DNA from: Vibrio diazotrophicus
Lineage (GTDB): Bacteria > Pseudomonadota > Gammaproteobacteria > Enterobacterales > Vibrionaceae
DNA: 32,000 nucleotides
Assembly (NCBI RefSeq): GCF_038452265.1
Contig: NZ_CP151843.1
Span: forward strand, 521,221 to 553,220
Reading direction: 5' to 3'
Within the stretch, counting starts at the first letter, position 1. Every line of letters begins with the position of its first letter. Shown here piece by piece: positions 8,485 through 17,193 of this stretch. The notes under the pieces were generated by a model, which saw nothing but the letters and a program-made list of their open reading frames with translations, was not told the DNA's origin and did not search any database. The position numbers and the translations under genes were made by a program.

Positions 8485-8516
8485 ACTCAACATAAATCAT
8501 AACCATAATGCGCACT
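8485..8516 (-). other. Junction Xer site between satellite copies
   Basis: Reverse complement AGTGCGCATTA-TGGTTATGAT-TTATGTTGAGT. The XerC arm matches 11/11, the spacer is 10 bp, and the XerD-like arm matches 9/11. Confidence 0.7.
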
Positions 8517-8541
8517 TAGGTATGAGCTATTTTAAAATGTC

Positions 8542-8853
8542 CTATGCGGATGTTTTCCTTAATCCAATGTCTAACGGCTTGTCTTCTAAGGCTTCCAGTA
8601 TCATTCCAAAGCGCTTTAGCTCTAAGCCGCCAAAGTTATTCACGGCGTAACTTGAACTGTGTGGCGTGTAACTTCCTGCTGCGTATGGCTCTTGGTCTTT
8701 CTCAAGCGTCAGTTTCATTTCGACTGGGAACTTACCACCTAGATGCGCGTAAGCGATTTGTTCGTAGATGATTCGCCCTGGGCGATCTTCTTTGCTTGGT
8801 ATGTTTCGAGTTTCAACGCGAACGTTTTCTGGGAAGATTTCGATTTTAAGCAT
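8542..8853 (-). CDS. gene V-type ssDNA-binding protein (copy 2)
   Basis: Translation identical to 5730..6041. Confidence 0.85.
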   Translation of the reverse strand: MLKIEIFPENVRVETRNIPSKEDRPGRIIYEQIAYAHLGGKFPVEMKLTLEKDQEPYAAGSYTPHSSSYAVNNFGGLELKRFGMILEALEDKPLDIGLRKTSA

Positions 8854-8945
8854 GTGTTATTCCTCGTGTCGTCATCGTTCTGCATGCGTGCCCGCGCGTC
8901 TGCGACACACAATGCACACATTTCAGAACTTATGCTGATATTTCT

Positions 8946-10088
8946 CTATGCGATTGCTTTAAATGGTAAAACGTTAGATTTCTCTACAACCGGTAATTGA
9001 TACCAGTCTGGTATGCCCAACGCTTCAACTTCTATGACTTCTGAACGTCTGAGTGTTGGACAGATACGTGTCGCATCAAACGGTAAAGCTATATCGATAC
9101 CGATGCTTTTTAGTCGTGGTCGATGCACATAATATTGGCTGTTTTTCTCGATTTTTTGTCCAAGTTGCCACATCAACGCAACGCTTTGAGTCGTATTGGC
9201 TGCCAGTCTGCTGTTTACGATTCCTTGTTCAAGTAGTTGATCTGATATCGATTTATGCGTGTCATGAGTTGCGGTCAGTGTATTCATAGTTTTCTCAAGA
9301 TCTTTTATATGTTCGATGAAGTCTTCTAGCGTGGTTTTTCCGTAAAACTGTAAGTTATATCGTTTTAAATGCTTCTGGCTTAATTGGTGTTCTTCTCGAA
9401 CGACACCATGCTGCTCGCAGTATGAGATGAGTTTTTCTACGTAGTTAAGCTGTTCTTCTGATACGCCGTCTTTTTTGCGTTTATCTTTTCGTAAGTGATT
9501 CTTTAGTTCGTGTGCTTTAGAGTAGATTTTCGATAGTTTCCAAGAACGTTTTCCCCAGTAGCAACTGGTAAAATCAGGATAAGGCGTTGGCATTCTACTA
9601 CGACCGAGGGTTGTTGATGACATTGCCCGTATAAACGTAACTTCTCTGCCCTTGCCTACTTTATGGTTTCGAGTCCAGTCTATACGTGTAATTTCAGCAC
9701 CATCCCCAATAAGACGTGGCTTTTTATCTTCTGGAGTTTGACCGAAGTAAACCTTTGTATTCGCAGTAAAAGGTGGAAGATTAAATTTAGCTAAGATGTG
9801 ATTGTATATATCAATACATTCATCCAGTGACCGAAGACCAAAGAGATTATCCATACGTTGCCATCGTGACGGGTTACCTTCGATTCTAACGGTGAAGCCA
9901 TCACAACGAACCTTCAATGTGGTACTAAATGAACCTTCGAGCCCTTTAGTTTTTACGAACGATGAAAGCCGTTCACCTGTTTCTGAATCGATTTCTTCCA
10001 TGACACTTTTACCCACGAGTGGCAAACCACCCTCAGGATAAAATTGTTGGACTGTTAACCAGTCGATGAAGAAATTTAGCACTCTCAA
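8946..10088 (-). CDS. Rolling-circle replication initiator (copy 2)
   Basis: Translation identical to 6134..7276. Confidence 0.8.
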   Translation of the reverse strand: MRVLNFFIDWLTVQQFYPEGGLPLVGKSVMEEIDSETGERLSSFVKTKGLEGSFSTTLKVRCDGFTVRIEGNPSRWQRMDNLFGLRSLDECIDIYNHILAKFNLPPFTANTKVYFGQTPEDKKPRLIGDGAEITRIDWTRNHKVGKGREVTFIRAMSSTTLGRSRMPTPYPDFTSCYWGKRSWKLSKIYSKAHELKNHLRKDKRKKDGVSEEQLNYVEKLISYCEQHGVVREEHQLSQKHLKRYNLQFYGKTTLEDFIEHIKDLEKTMNTLTATHDTHKSISDQLLEQGIVNSRLAANTTQSVALMWQLGQKIEKNSQYYVHRPRLKSIGIDIALPFDATRICPTLRRSEVIEVEALGIPDWYQLPVVEKSNVLPFKAIA

Positions 10089-10191
10089 AAACCTGTCAAG
10101 TATATAAATATATATCTGGATGAATACTTTTATTTACCCTAACATAAGAGTGTAGAAATGTGTATGTATAATTAAATTAAGGTTTACTTTT
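10089..10191. promoter_or_regulatory. Divergent promoter/operator region (copy 2)
   Basis: Identical to 7277..7379. Confidence 0.5.
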
Positions 10192-10599
10192 ATGGTTAAT
10201 ATGATGATTAAAGATGTACTTAAAACGGCTAGAAATGAACTTAATCTAAGTCAGGAAGAAGTTGCAGAAGCGATAGGAATTACCAAGCAAACATACTTGA
10301 AATGGGAAAATGGAACGACTGAACCAAAAGCTACTCAAGTTGTTCAGTTAAGTAACGTTCTAAAGATTACACCTAATGAAATTTGCTCTGGCATTCGCAA
10401 TAAGAGAATGAATTTGGAAGAGTTCATTTTAAACACAGCTATGGCTAAAGTTCCAAGCGAAGTAATTACCATGTACTCATGGAAAATGCTCCCTGATCAT
10501 GTGGAGTTTTTCAGTAAAATTAATGGGTTAACTGAAGAAGAGTACTACTCAAGCTATGGTGAAGTTGGTTCAATAGAAGCTAAATTTAAGGGCGCGTGA
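10192..10599 (+). CDS. XRE-family HTH repressor (copy 2)
   Basis: Translation identical to 7380..7787. Confidence 0.8.
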   Translation: MVNMMIKDVLKTARNELNLSQEEVAEAIGITKQTYLKWENGTTEPKATQVVQLSNVLKITPNEICSGIRNKRMNLEEFILNTAMAKVPSEVITMYSWKMLPDHVEFFSKINGLTEEEYYSSYGEVGSIEAKFKGA

Positions 10600-10710
10600 T
10601 TCCGGAAGTCCGGAGTTAGTTCGGGTATAACAGGAACCCGAACCGCTTCGCGCCTTCTTCCTCCTCCTCAGTCGTCGTCGTCGTCATCCTGCGCTCAGGT
10701 TTACAGGCAC

Positions 10711-10734
10711 AAAAAACGGCAGTGAAAACTGCCG
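10711..10734 (-). terminator. Rho-independent terminator (copy 2)
   Basis: Identical to 7899..7922. Confidence 0.6.
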
Positions 10735-10826
10735 CGCGATTGACGTCTACGTAAAGTCGAATTATGAGAGCGCTTGGCTACTCATTTTCTCTCTACACGC
10801 GAGCGTATAGCAGAGAAAATCGAGCT

Positions 10827-11075
10827 TCATAAAAGATTAGTATCAGCACATATAAATATAGTGCCTTCCTTCTCATTTTTTTGAATAGTTAGAGTAGATT
10901 TCCCTTCACAGAATTGCTCCAAGCGAGGTTTGGCAATTTCTAGTTCGCTTAAAAATTCTTCCCAAGATTGATCATCCTTTTTATCAAAAATAGTTGGGGG
11001 AAAGGCTCCAAGTTGCACACGCTTACTATAAAGATTCTCTATTGCTTTTAAAAAACAATTATCCTGATAAGTCAT
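10827..11075 (-). CDS. hypothetical small acidic protein (copy 2)
   Basis: Translation identical to 8015..8263. Confidence 0.55.
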   Translation of the reverse strand: MTYQDNCFLKAIENLYSKRVQLGAFPPTIFDKKDDQSWEEFLSELEIAKPRLEQFCEGKSTLTIQKNEKEGTIFICADTNLL

Positions 11076-11138
11076 CAATTTATCCTTAAGTTATGTCCTT
11101 AACCCAATATAGCAGTTTTTTTTAGAACAGAGTGCTTA

Positions 11139-11166
11139 AGTACGCATTATGCAATTTATATTACGG
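11139..11166 (+). other. Internal inverted dif-like site (copy 2)
   Basis: Identical to 8327..8354. Confidence 0.6.
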
Positions 11167-11296
11167 GCTTTCATGGCAAAGAGATTCTCTCTCCTAGCAT
11201 CTACGCAGCTTAGGCTGCGAGAATGAGCAAGTCTTTCGCCCACTCTTTGCTGCTTCAAGGTCGCCAGTGCTTACGCAATGGTACTGACGACAAACC

Positions 11297-11328
11297 ACTC
11301 AACATAAATCATAACCATAATGCGCACT
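11297..11328 (-). other. Junction Xer site between satellite copy 2 and the prophage
   Basis: Same 32 bp as 8485..8516. The sequence to the right then switches to GATTAATGGATTGTT, which is prophage-specific. Confidence 0.7.
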
Positions 11329-11677
11329 GATTAATGGATTGTTGAATCATACCATATCCCATAACAATTGCTCCGTAACTCATTGAAAACCTTTGTAATC
11401 CGTACTTACTGAACTTTTTTGCCATACGCTCCCAGACCTCTTTTGAGATCACACTTTTGCTGCGGTCAACGTGACAACCAATGAGTGCCAGTTCTGGTGC
11501 TATTTTTGTTTTTTCAGCCAGAAAAATTGCTTGTTCATCAGACATATAGCGCTTTCCTTTGCGAAATTCACAGATTCTAGTCGCTGGAACCTCTAAATCC
11601 TGCGCAATTTGCTTGTCTTGTTGGTAGTTTTGCGCCGTTTTATAGGCTTCAATCAGCAAGTTTTGATACATGGACAA
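11309..11677 (-). CDS. Phage HTH transcriptional regulator (repressor-like), divergent from the Rep operon
   Basis: 122 aa. It has an HTH-like segment DKQIAQDLEVPATRICEFRKGKRYMSDEQAIFLA. The last codons and the stop cross the att junction. Confidence 0.6.
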   Translation of the reverse strand: MSMYQNLLIEAYKTAQNYQQDKQIAQDLEVPATRICEFRKGKRYMSDEQAIFLAEKTKIAPELALIGCHVDRSKSVISKEVWERMAKKFSKYGLQRFSMSYGAIVMGYGMIQQSINQCALWL

Positions 11678-11797
11678 TCCTCATTTTTTACCATTTTTGG
11701 CTAATAATCAGCACTTTGAGCGTATTGCAATTACCACTATCGGTAATCTAATCTCTAGCGAAATACAGCAATTCGATTATAGGCTGGGATTCGATAA

Positions 11798-12016
11798 ATG
11801 CTCAAGCTCACCACCAAGATTTACTATGACTTACTGCCCGATTATTCGGTATCCGTACTTGTGTACGGTTCGACCGAATGGGACGTTTTTCGCAGTATGA
11901 ATCATCTGTGTGCTTGGGCTGACGCCGAAATCCCGTATTACGAGTTGGTCGACATTACCAACACCACCGCGCAACAGCGCATGAACTTAGGGGTTTTCGA
12001 TGGCTGTCAGTATTGA
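11798..12016 (+). CDS. hypothetical small protein upstream of Rep
   Basis: 72-aa ORF that overlaps the Rep start by 17 nt. No motif recognised. Confidence 0.4.
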   Translation: MLKLTTKIYYDLLPDYSVSVLVYGSTEWDVFRSMNHLCAWADAEIPYYELVDITNTTAQQRMNLGVFDGCQY

Positions 12017-13142
12017 TTACCTCTGTTTCACCATGAAAGTAAAAGACTTGCGCCACTGTGCACGTGCTACTTACATGGACACACATCAGCATGACCCTGA
12101 CGTGAAGAAAAAGTCACGCCGTAACACTTTGATGATAAATCCCATAGCGCGCTTTTTCCCACAAGAGCCGGTGTTCAATACCGATTTTCGTGCGCACAGT
12201 GCTGACGACATCGAGGCTTACCGCAATTTCTTCCGCATTCAGTATCAAGAGTATTTAGACCGTTGTTTGAAATTGTTCGTTACTCATGTACTTGGTTTAA
12301 CCATGAACGCGCCGCGTGGGTTTGGTTTTCAGTTCTACACCGAGTCGATGAAACTCACGACCGCAGACGGTGAAGATTTTTGCGGATTTGTGGGGATTGG
12401 TGGCAACCAAGACACGGTGCATTTTCAAATCAATGGTACGGGCTGCAAGCACGTGTTTGCCAAGTTGCAAGCGTGGGAGTTGCACGGCTGGTTATCTAAT
12501 GTGTTAGGCGTTCAACAATTGGCGCGTCTCGACTTAGCGTATGACGATTATCACGGCTTGTTTGATTGTGACTATGCGTTAAAAGCCGCTTATGAGGATG
12601 CGTTTAGAACCGCTTCACGTGGCATTTCTCCAACGGTCAACGAGAACCACAAATACCGCTTTGGTGAGCATGGCGCGAAGCATTACAGCCAAGAAATGGT
12701 CTCGGTCGGCTCTCGAACCTCGCGCATTTACTGGCGCATCTACAACAAAGCGCTGGAGCAGAATCTCGCGCAGAACGGCATGGTCTGGTATCGCACCGAG
12801 TGTGAGCTGAAAAAATGGGACATCGATGCCCTATTAAATCCTGATGGCGCGTTCGCAGCTTTAAATGCCTTTAGTGCGTCTATAAGTAGCGCTCCAGCCT
12901 TTAATACCAAGCCTCGTCCTGAAAAGCGTGTCGCTTGTGATGTGTTAACCGCAGCGTATTGGATGCGCCGCCAGTACGGAAAAATTCTTAATTCGCTGAT
13001 TGAAGAGTTCGACGGCGATATTCCCAAGGTCATTGGATTACTGCAACGGGACGGGCGCAAGTTCAGCTTCCCCGATACCTATACGGCATTAATCCAGTCC
13101 ATTACAAACCGGTCAGTCGACCCATTGGAGTGTAAATCATGA
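12000..13142 (+). CDS. Rolling-circle replication initiator (gII/RstA-like), unrelated in sequence to the satellite Rep
   Basis: 380 aa. N-terminal SIDYLCFT and RLDLAYDDYHG motifs are typical of the Rep_trans family. It heads a tightly coupled operon. Confidence 0.85.
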   Translation: MAVSIDYLCFTMKVKDLRHCARATYMDTHQHDPDVKKKSRRNTLMINPIARFFPQEPVFNTDFRAHSADDIEAYRNFFRIQYQEYLDRCLKLFVTHVLGLTMNAPRGFGFQFYTESMKLTTADGEDFCGFVGIGGNQDTVHFQINGTGCKHVFAKLQAWELHGWLSNVLGVQQLARLDLAYDDYHGLFDCDYALKAAYEDAFRTASRGISPTVNENHKYRFGEHGAKHYSQEMVSVGSRTSRIYWRIYNKALEQNLAQNGMVWYRTECELKKWDIDALLNPDGAFAALNAFSASISSAPAFNTKPRPEKRVACDVLTAAYWMRRQYGKILNSLIEEFDGDIPKVIGLLQRDGRKFSFPDTYTALIQSITNRSVDPLECKS

Positions 13143-13492
13143 GTAAAGGTGTATTTGTGTTAGGCGTGGACATCATTTGGAACAGTTTCCGTGGTGATGG
13201 TGCGCAGCTCAATATCTCGCGTCCACTGCGTGAAATTAACGTGGAGAAGTTCAAACGCCGCACATTAGGCGAATCGGGCGATGTGAATCCGCAGTTTGAC
13301 CACCCTATTCAGCTTGATTACCAGTACGCGCTCAAGCTGGAGAAAACCGGCGCGTTAGTGCCTCGCCGTGAGTACGAATTGAAAATGGAAATCAACCCAA
13401 ACGACCCGTTGTCGGGCGCTATCGTGACCGAGTTGGTGCCGGTTGATGATGAAATCAAAACGCATTTCAAAGCCTCGGGCATGACCAAGTAA
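13139..13492 (+). CDS. probable ssDNA-binding/RstB-position protein
   Basis: 117 aa. Its ATGA overlaps the Rep stop. The assignment rests on position only. Confidence 0.45.
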   Translation: MSKGVFVLGVDIIWNSFRGDGAQLNISRPLREINVEKFKRRTLGESGDVNPQFDHPIQLDYQYALKLEKTGALVPRREYELKMEINPNDPLSGAIVTELVPVDDEIKTHFKASGMTK

Positions 13493-13692
13493 TGAGGCTT
13501 AATTCAGGCACTTATCTCATTACTTGTGACAATAAAGACTGTTCGACCGGCTACCAATTGGTGACGCTGGCAGAGGTGAAAACCGAGCTTGCGCCGCCTT
13601 ATATGACCCTCGACCAACTCAAACAAGTGATGCCTGAAACCGTGTTGTTTCTCGCCATTTGTTGGTGTTGGAAGAAGATTAACCACCACTAA
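13492..13692 (+). CDS. small phage protein with a hydrophobic C-terminus (candidate minor coat or assembly protein)
   Basis: 66 aa. It is coupled by a TAATG overlap and has a C-terminal VLFLAICWCW segment. Confidence 0.45.
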   Translation: MRLNSGTYLITCDNKDCSTGYQLVTLAEVKTELAPPYMTLDQLKQVMPETVLFLAICWCWKKINHH

Positions 13693-13708
13693 AAAAGGAA
13701 ATAATCCT

Positions 13709-13906
13709 ATGAAAACGATGAATGTAAAACGTGTTGTCTTGGCTTCGGCTCTTGTTATGGCTTCTGGCGCGGCGTCTGCTGCGGCTCCTGATGTGACAAG
13801 CGCAGTTGCCAGTATTGGCGAGTTTGGCGTGGTCATTGGCACGCTGGGCGGCGCTTATCTGTTGCTCACCATTGCGAAAAAAGCATGGGGCAAAATCGGC
13901 GGTTAA
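13709..13906 (+). CDS. Major coat protein (pVIII-like)
   Basis: 65 aa. A signal peptide ending ASGAASA is followed by a ~40-aa mature part with a hydrophobic core (GVVIGTLGGAYLLLTIA) and a basic tail (KKAWGKIGG). A strong terminator follows directly, as in Ff phages. Confidence 0.8.
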   Translation: MKTMNVKRVVLASALVMASGAASAAAPDVTSAVASIGEFGVVIGTLGGAYLLLTIAKKAWGKIGG

Positions 13907-13928
13907 AGTCGCCTTTGCTTGCTGACTC

Positions 13929-13955
13929 AAGGGCTGTGTATTCAGCCCTTTTTTG
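13929..13955 (+). terminator. Rho-independent terminator after the major coat gene
   Basis: AAGGGCTG-TGTATT-CAGCCCTT followed by TTTTG. Confidence 0.7.
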
Positions 13956-13976
13956 ATCGAACTTGAGGGTTTAAGG

Positions 13977-15521
13977 ATGGCACGTTATGACGTTAGAAAT
14001 GTATGTAATTACGGTGTTCTTATTGGGTTTATTTGTATTGCACTCTTAACCAGCGTGAATACTTATGCCAATCAACCGGCTAGATGGGTACTTGCCAGCA
14101 TTAAGCCTCTCGATTGCAGCTTCAAACCTTATGAAGACAAGTCCGTGTGTGTACAGCGTACTGATGAAGAAGCCGCTAAACGTATGGCAAATAATCCCGA
14201 TGAGAACTACATCCGTGTTGGTGAAATACGCAACATTGAGGAGCGCTACGGCGGCTCTCTGTTGCTGGCATCGATAGATTATGAGCGTTGGGTATTGTCC
14301 AATGCGAGTAATGCTGAAAATTGTGCTCAAGGTGAGTATCCGAAATACCCTGCGGTACGGTGTGAACCTCCGCCGCCCACCTGTGACGATCCTAAGTTCC
14401 AAAAAGAGTTTGAGCAGGCACAATACGCTTGTCAGATTGGCAACCCTAACACGCAGTTATGGACAACCGATTATCAATGGTCTTGCCAGGATGTGACCGG
14501 ACAACATCCCAACATCGTTTCAAGCTGCAACTATGTGCCCAGCGACTGCATCGTTGGCTTAACGTGTGAAAAAGCACCCAAAGATGTTGCCTATTGTGAC
14601 CCGAGCAAAGAGACGTGCGCCCTGCCACCGAAAACCGAAAAGACCAATGAACCTATCCCTGATTTGCCGCCCCTTGATGGTTCAAACAATGGTGCCGGTA
14701 ATGGCTCAACTGGCACAGGCGCAAACGTCCCCACGAATAACCCGAACTTCTGCGACTTGAATCCGCAGCTGTGTGAGAAACAACAGCCGCCAGAAGCAAT
14801 GCCTGAGCCAAATCCCACACCGACTGAAAAGCCTGAGAATACGGAACTGTCAGCCGGTGACAATGCGATAGTTGGGGAAGTGTCACTCTCTAATCAGCAT
14901 CTGGAGAACGTCAACAGCAACTTAAAAAGCCTCGGCGGTCAGCTGCTTGAACAGCTTTCGCGTGGCAATGAGTTTTCCCAGCATCAACTTGGGGTAATGC
15001 GTGAAATGCTGGAGCATCTTATCCAAGGCGATAACAGTGCGCTGATTCCCAATGACACTGGCAAAGAAGAAAAGCCCAAAGAAGAGGAGCAAGAGAAAAC
15101 CGACCCTCCGATGGCCAACGCCGATTGTGACAAATCGATATTTGAATGTCGCGGTGATGTCATTCAATGCGCCCTGCTCAAAGTTCAGTATGAGGATACC
15201 TGCACCGTTGCCGAGTTCGCGCAGTTAGAAGACGCCTTCAAGGACATTAAGTTACTCAACAATGAAGCGCTGCTGGTTCAGAAAGACAGCATCGATTACT
15301 CACGCATGAATCAGAAGTACCTCAATGGCGGTGTGTCCTTTGGTAGTGGTGCTTGTCCTGCGCCTGAACGCATTTCGTTTCGCGCCTTTGGTGACAGTAA
15401 AACTATTGAGTTTAAGTTTGATCCCGCTTGTCGCTATGCAGAGTTATTACGCCCCCTATTGATCGCCTTTGCGTGGTTAACGGGTTTGTTCATCATCGGT
15501 CGCACACAAGGAGCCGTTTAA
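13977..15521 (+). CDS. pIII-like minor coat / receptor-binding protein
   Basis: Signal/TM segment (VLIGFICIALLTSVNTYA), Cys-rich N-terminal domains, Gly/Asn- and Pro-rich linkers (NNGAGNGSTGTGAN; PPEAMPEPNPTPTEKPE) and a C-terminal membrane anchor (LLIAFAWLTGLFIIG). The ATG at 13977 follows AAGG. Confidence 0.7.
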   Translation: MARYDVRNVCNYGVLIGFICIALLTSVNTYANQPARWVLASIKPLDCSFKPYEDKSVCVQRTDEEAAKRMANNPDENYIRVGEIRNIEERYGGSLLLASIDYERWVLSNASNAENCAQGEYPKYPAVRCEPPPPTCDDPKFQKEFEQAQYACQIGNPNTQLWTTDYQWSCQDVTGQHPNIVSSCNYVPSDCIVGLTCEKAPKDVAYCDPSKETCALPPKTEKTNEPIPDLPPLDGSNNGAGNGSTGTGANVPTNNPNFCDLNPQLCEKQQPPEAMPEPNPTPTEKPENTELSAGDNAIVGEVSLSNQHLENVNSNLKSLGGQLLEQLSRGNEFSQHQLGVMREMLEHLIQGDNSALIPNDTGKEEKPKEEEQEKTDPPMANADCDKSIFECRGDVIQCALLKVQYEDTCTVAEFAQLEDAFKDIKLLNNEALLVQKDSIDYSRMNQKYLNGGVSFGSGACPAPERISFRAFGDSKTIEFKFDPACRYAELLRPLLIAFAWLTGLFIIGRTQGAV

Positions 15522-15522
15522 T

Positions 15523-15852
15523 ATGCAGTATTTCATTGGATTTTTAGCCACGGTGCTGGTTCCTCTCATTCCCAGCATTGCCAAAGGTCTGGCGACCTAT
15601 GTCGCGCTCTCGGTCGGGTTCTCCTTGGTCGCTTACACTGGAGTGTCGGTGGCTATGGATTCGATAGCCGATTACATACAGTCGAACATGAACGGCGTGA
15701 CACCGAAACTTGCCGCGCTCATGGCGATGGCTGGCGTGGATACCTATATCAACGTGGTGCTCACCTGTGTGGTGTTCTCGTTCACGTTAAACGGGCTCAT
15801 GTCTGCTACCGGCTATCGTCCTTCGTGGCGTAAACCGGTCGACCCAGCGTAA
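15523..15852 (+). CDS. pVI-like minor coat protein
   Basis: 109 aa with several hydrophobic helices, positioned between pIII and pI. Confidence 0.6.
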   Translation: MQYFIGFLATVLVPLIPSIAKGLATYVALSVGFSLVAYTGVSVAMDSIADYIQSNMNGVTPKLAALMAMAGVDTYINVVLTCVVFSFTLNGLMSATGYRPSWRKPVDPA

Positions 15853-15864
15853 GGAGTCAGCGTT

Positions 15865-17193
15865 ATGTTGCACGGTTTCAGTGGCGGTATGGGTACGGGG
15901 AAAAGTCTTAACGCCATCAAGTTTATCATCGAGAACGACAACTTCGCCGACCGTCCTGTGTTCTATCATGGTATTCGGGTGATGCTGCTCGACTACAACG
16001 TGTGTAACAGCTTTCAGGGCTGGCTCTATGGCGTGTATTTCCCAGCAAACAGTCACAACAAAGAGTTAGAAGCGAAACTGTTACGCATCGAGACAGAGCA
16101 ACGTCTGGCAACCCTAGAAGATTTGCCCTATCTGGGTTTTCATTACAAGAAGCACGAACCGTTTAAGCAGTGGCTTTACTGGTTCAAGAAACTGGCATCC
16201 CCTAAGCGCCTCGCCTCGTTTAAAGAAGCCTTAGCCGTGCTTGAACTCGATGAAGAGTCCATCACCTACCAAGACATTGAACACCTGAACCTGTCTTGGA
16301 CATCGTTTGATGATCCAACGGAGATCCACACGCTTCCTGCCGGTTCGGTGATACTGGTTGATGAAGTGCAGAACATTTGGGGCAATCGCACTGCTGGTAA
16401 AACCGTGTCGCCGGATGTGAAGTTCGTGACCACGCACCGGCACAAAGGCATTGATTTGGTCTACATCTCTCAAGACTTTAAAGACGTTGACCAAATCATT
16501 CGTCGGCGTATGCAGTATTACGTCCATTACGAATTCATCGGCGGTGACTGGCTGCATCGATACTTTCACATTGAAGGCTTTGACCCTGCCAATAAAACCG
16601 AACTAGCCAAAGCCGAGAAAGAGAAAGTGAAACGCGATAACAAATACTATGGCGTATATCTCAGCTCGATTAAGCACACGCAAAAAGTCAGGCTCGACCC
16701 GCAGTTAAAGAAAGGCATTATCGGCTTAACCGTTGGCGTGTTGGGTATCAGCGCAGCGGCGTTCTACCTCTATTCGTGGTTTCAAAAACAGGTCACACCG
16801 CCCACGGTCGAGACCGTTCACAGTGAAGCGCCAGCTCCTGAAAGTGCCGAAAATACGCAAGATTTAAAAATGCTGGATATAAACACAGTATATATAGAAG
16901 AATTCCTTCCGCGCTTAGATTCCCTGCCGTTCTCCGCGCCGGTGTATGACTCACTCACGCTCGATGCGAATCAATATCCTGAACTCACTTGTGTGATTGT
17001 GAGAAAGCAATGCAGCTGCTTCACCCAGCAAGGTTCAGCCTATGCCATTCAAGAGAGCGCCTGTTTTAACATTGCTCGCTATGGCTACTTTGACCCGTTT
17101 GAGGCATCCAGCGAGAACCATCAACGCCGAAAAACAGCCCAAAATCGCACTAATAGTGACAATGTCACACTCAACAAAGGTGGACTCTACTAA
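15865..17193 (+). CDS. Zot / pI-type assembly ATPase
   Basis: Walker A GGMGTGKS, Walker B VILVDEVQ and a central TM (IIGLTVGVLGISAAAFYLYSWF). AAGGAG lies 8 nt upstream of the ATG. Confidence 0.85.
   Translation: MLHGFSGGMGTGKSLNAIKFIIENDNFADRPVFYHGIRVMLLDYNVCNSFQGWLYGVYFPANSHNKELEAKLLRIETEQRLATLEDLPYLGFHYKKHEPFKQWLYWFKKLASPKRLASFKEALAVLELDEESITYQDIEHLNLSWTSFDDPTEIHTLPAGSVILVDEVQNIWGNRTAGKTVSPDVKFVTTHRHKGIDLVYISQDFKDVDQIIRRRMQYYVHYEFIGGDWLHRYFHIEGFDPANKTELAKAEKEKVKRDNKYYGVYLSSIKHTQKVRLDPQLKKGIIGLTVGVLGISAAAFYLYSWFQKQVTPPTVETVHSEAPAPESAENTQDLKMLDINTVYIEEFLPRLDSLPFSAPVYDSLTLDANQYPELTCVIVRKQCSCFTQQGSAYAIQESACFNIARYGYFDPFEASSENHQRRKTAQNRTNSDNVTLNKGGLY

Larger units (their letters stand above)
5692..8503 (-). 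mobile_element. RS1-like satellite filamentous phage element, copy 1 (replication and regulation genes only)
   Basis: It contains Rep, a gV-like ssDNA-binding protein, an XRE repressor and an 83-aa ORF. There are no coat or assembly genes. It is bounded by Xer sites. Confidence 0.8.
5692..11315. repeat. Direct tandem duplication, 2 x 2,812 bp, apparently 100% identical
   Basis: All ORFs repeat with an offset of 2,812 (5730/8542, 6134/8946, 7380/10192, 8015/10827) and give identical translations. Intergenic lines I spot-checked were also identical. Confidence 0.95.
8504..11315 (-). mobile_element. RS1-like satellite filamentous phage element, copy 2
   Basis: Identical to copy 1 at an offset of 2,812 bp. 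Confidence 0.8.

Noticed and set aside
5692-11315. The large repeat, considered as a possible CRISPR array or IS element.
   Set aside because: The unit is 2.8 kb and full of phage genes. There is no short repeat-spacer periodicity, no transposase and no terminal inverted repeats.
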